From Candidatus Limnocylindria bacterium (GTDB taxonomy: Bacteria > Chloroflexota > Limnocylindria > QHBO01), in contig JBOGTC010000039.1 in the NCBI GenBank assembly GCA_050692055.1, positions 8,060-72,059 of the forward strand: DNA of 64,000 nucleotides. Direction: 5' to 3'. This document shows positions 63,375-64,000 of the stretch, piece by piece. The notes under the pieces are model-generated. The model was not told the origin of the DNA and ran no database searches. It saw only the letters and a list, made by a program, of their open reading frames with translations. Each line of letters starts with the position of its first letter. Position 1 is the first letter of the stretch. The position numbers and the translations under genes are program-made.

Positions 63375-63476
63375 GGACTGTAGCGGCCGTGCCGCCTTCG
63401 GACCCGCCGCGTCCGTGCTGCCGACGGCTCGGCAGGCACGCCGGGTGCTAGAACGCCGGTCGGAGGTGACGCTGCA

Positions 63477-63647
63477 ATGACCATCGATCTTGGCAACACC
63501 GCGTTCTGGGCGGCCGTGCTCGCACTGCTGACCGGCCTGCTCATCCTGGTCTTCCCGCGCATCCTGAACTACATCGTCGCCATCTACCTGATCATCATCG
63601 GCGTGCTCGGGCTGATACCGTTCTTCACGGGCGCCGCCAACGTCTGA
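63477..63647 (+). CDS. 56-aa DUF3096-like membrane protein
   Basis: Read by hand: …LALLTGLLILVFPRILNYIVAIYLIIIGVLGLI…; RBS GGAGG upstream. Confidence 0.85.
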   Translation: MTIDLGNTAFWAAVLALLTGLLILVFPRILNYIVAIYLIIIGVLGLIPFFTGAANV

Positions 63648-63692
63648 CTCTGCCCGGGCCGCGCGAGGCCCGGGCGCCGCTACCATCGCCTC

Positions 63693-64000
63693 ATGAACAG
63701 GTATGGCCCGCGAGCCGCCCTCCTGATCGTCGACGTCCAGAACGACTTCGCCGATCCATCGGGCGGCCTTGCGGTGCCCGGTGGCGCTGACATCATCGGG
63801 CGTCTGAACGACGAGATCGGGGCCGCGCGTGAGGCCGGCGCGCTGGTGGTCCTGACCAAGGACTGGCACCCCGAGTCGACGCCGCACTTCGCGAAGGATG
63901 GCGGGGTGTGGCCGGTCCACTGCGTGGCGGGCACGTGGGGCGCGGGGCTGCATCCGGCGCTGGAGGCGCCACCCGACGCGCCAATCGTGCGCAAGGGAAG
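63693..64000 (+). CDS. pncA: Nicotinamidase/pyrazinamidase, truncated by the window edge
   Basis: LLIVDVQNDF, KDWHP..HF, WPVHC, RKG. Confidence 0.9.
   Translation, partial: MNRYGPRAALLIVDVQNDFADPSGGLAVPGGADIIGRLNDEIGAAREAGALVVLTKDWHPESTPHFAKDGGVWPVHCVAGTWGAGLHPALEAPPDAPIVRKG

Overview
A GC-rich bacterial chromosome segment with about 50 densely packed genes. Gene content suggests Chloroflexota (Limnocylindria-like) or an actinobacterium-like soil lineage (inference). It holds a PspC/LiaF-histidine kinase-response regulator envelope-stress locus, tRNA-Gly(TCC), and a minus-strand run of frameshifted FGE, galT, galK, an M24-fold hydrolase and an ECF sigma/anti-sigma pair. Also present are SoxR with its 19-bp-spacer target promoter, a DGC/EAL pair, CopA/YHS with a CsoR/RcnR-type operator, a GT4 glgA/glgM and glgP, an ABC-2 exporter, a LipJ-like hydrolase-cyclase, full-length Lhr, an ECF transporter with a DUF62 enzyme, LigC with a Prim-PolC-like polymerase, and several microproteins absent from the ORF track. 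I saw no CRISPR array, integrase, transposase or prophage. The most unusual signals are non-coding. (1) A candidate ~270-nt structured RNA (44100->43830, minus strand) has its own sigma70-type promoter, two upstream DnaA-box-like 9-mers and two 60-nt hairpin repeats with variable loops. (2) A dispersed mosaic repeat family is built from 87/88-bp inverted-repeat cores plus 50-bp satellite modules (four loci), and a second repeat at 133-339 shows the same 50-bp arm offset.
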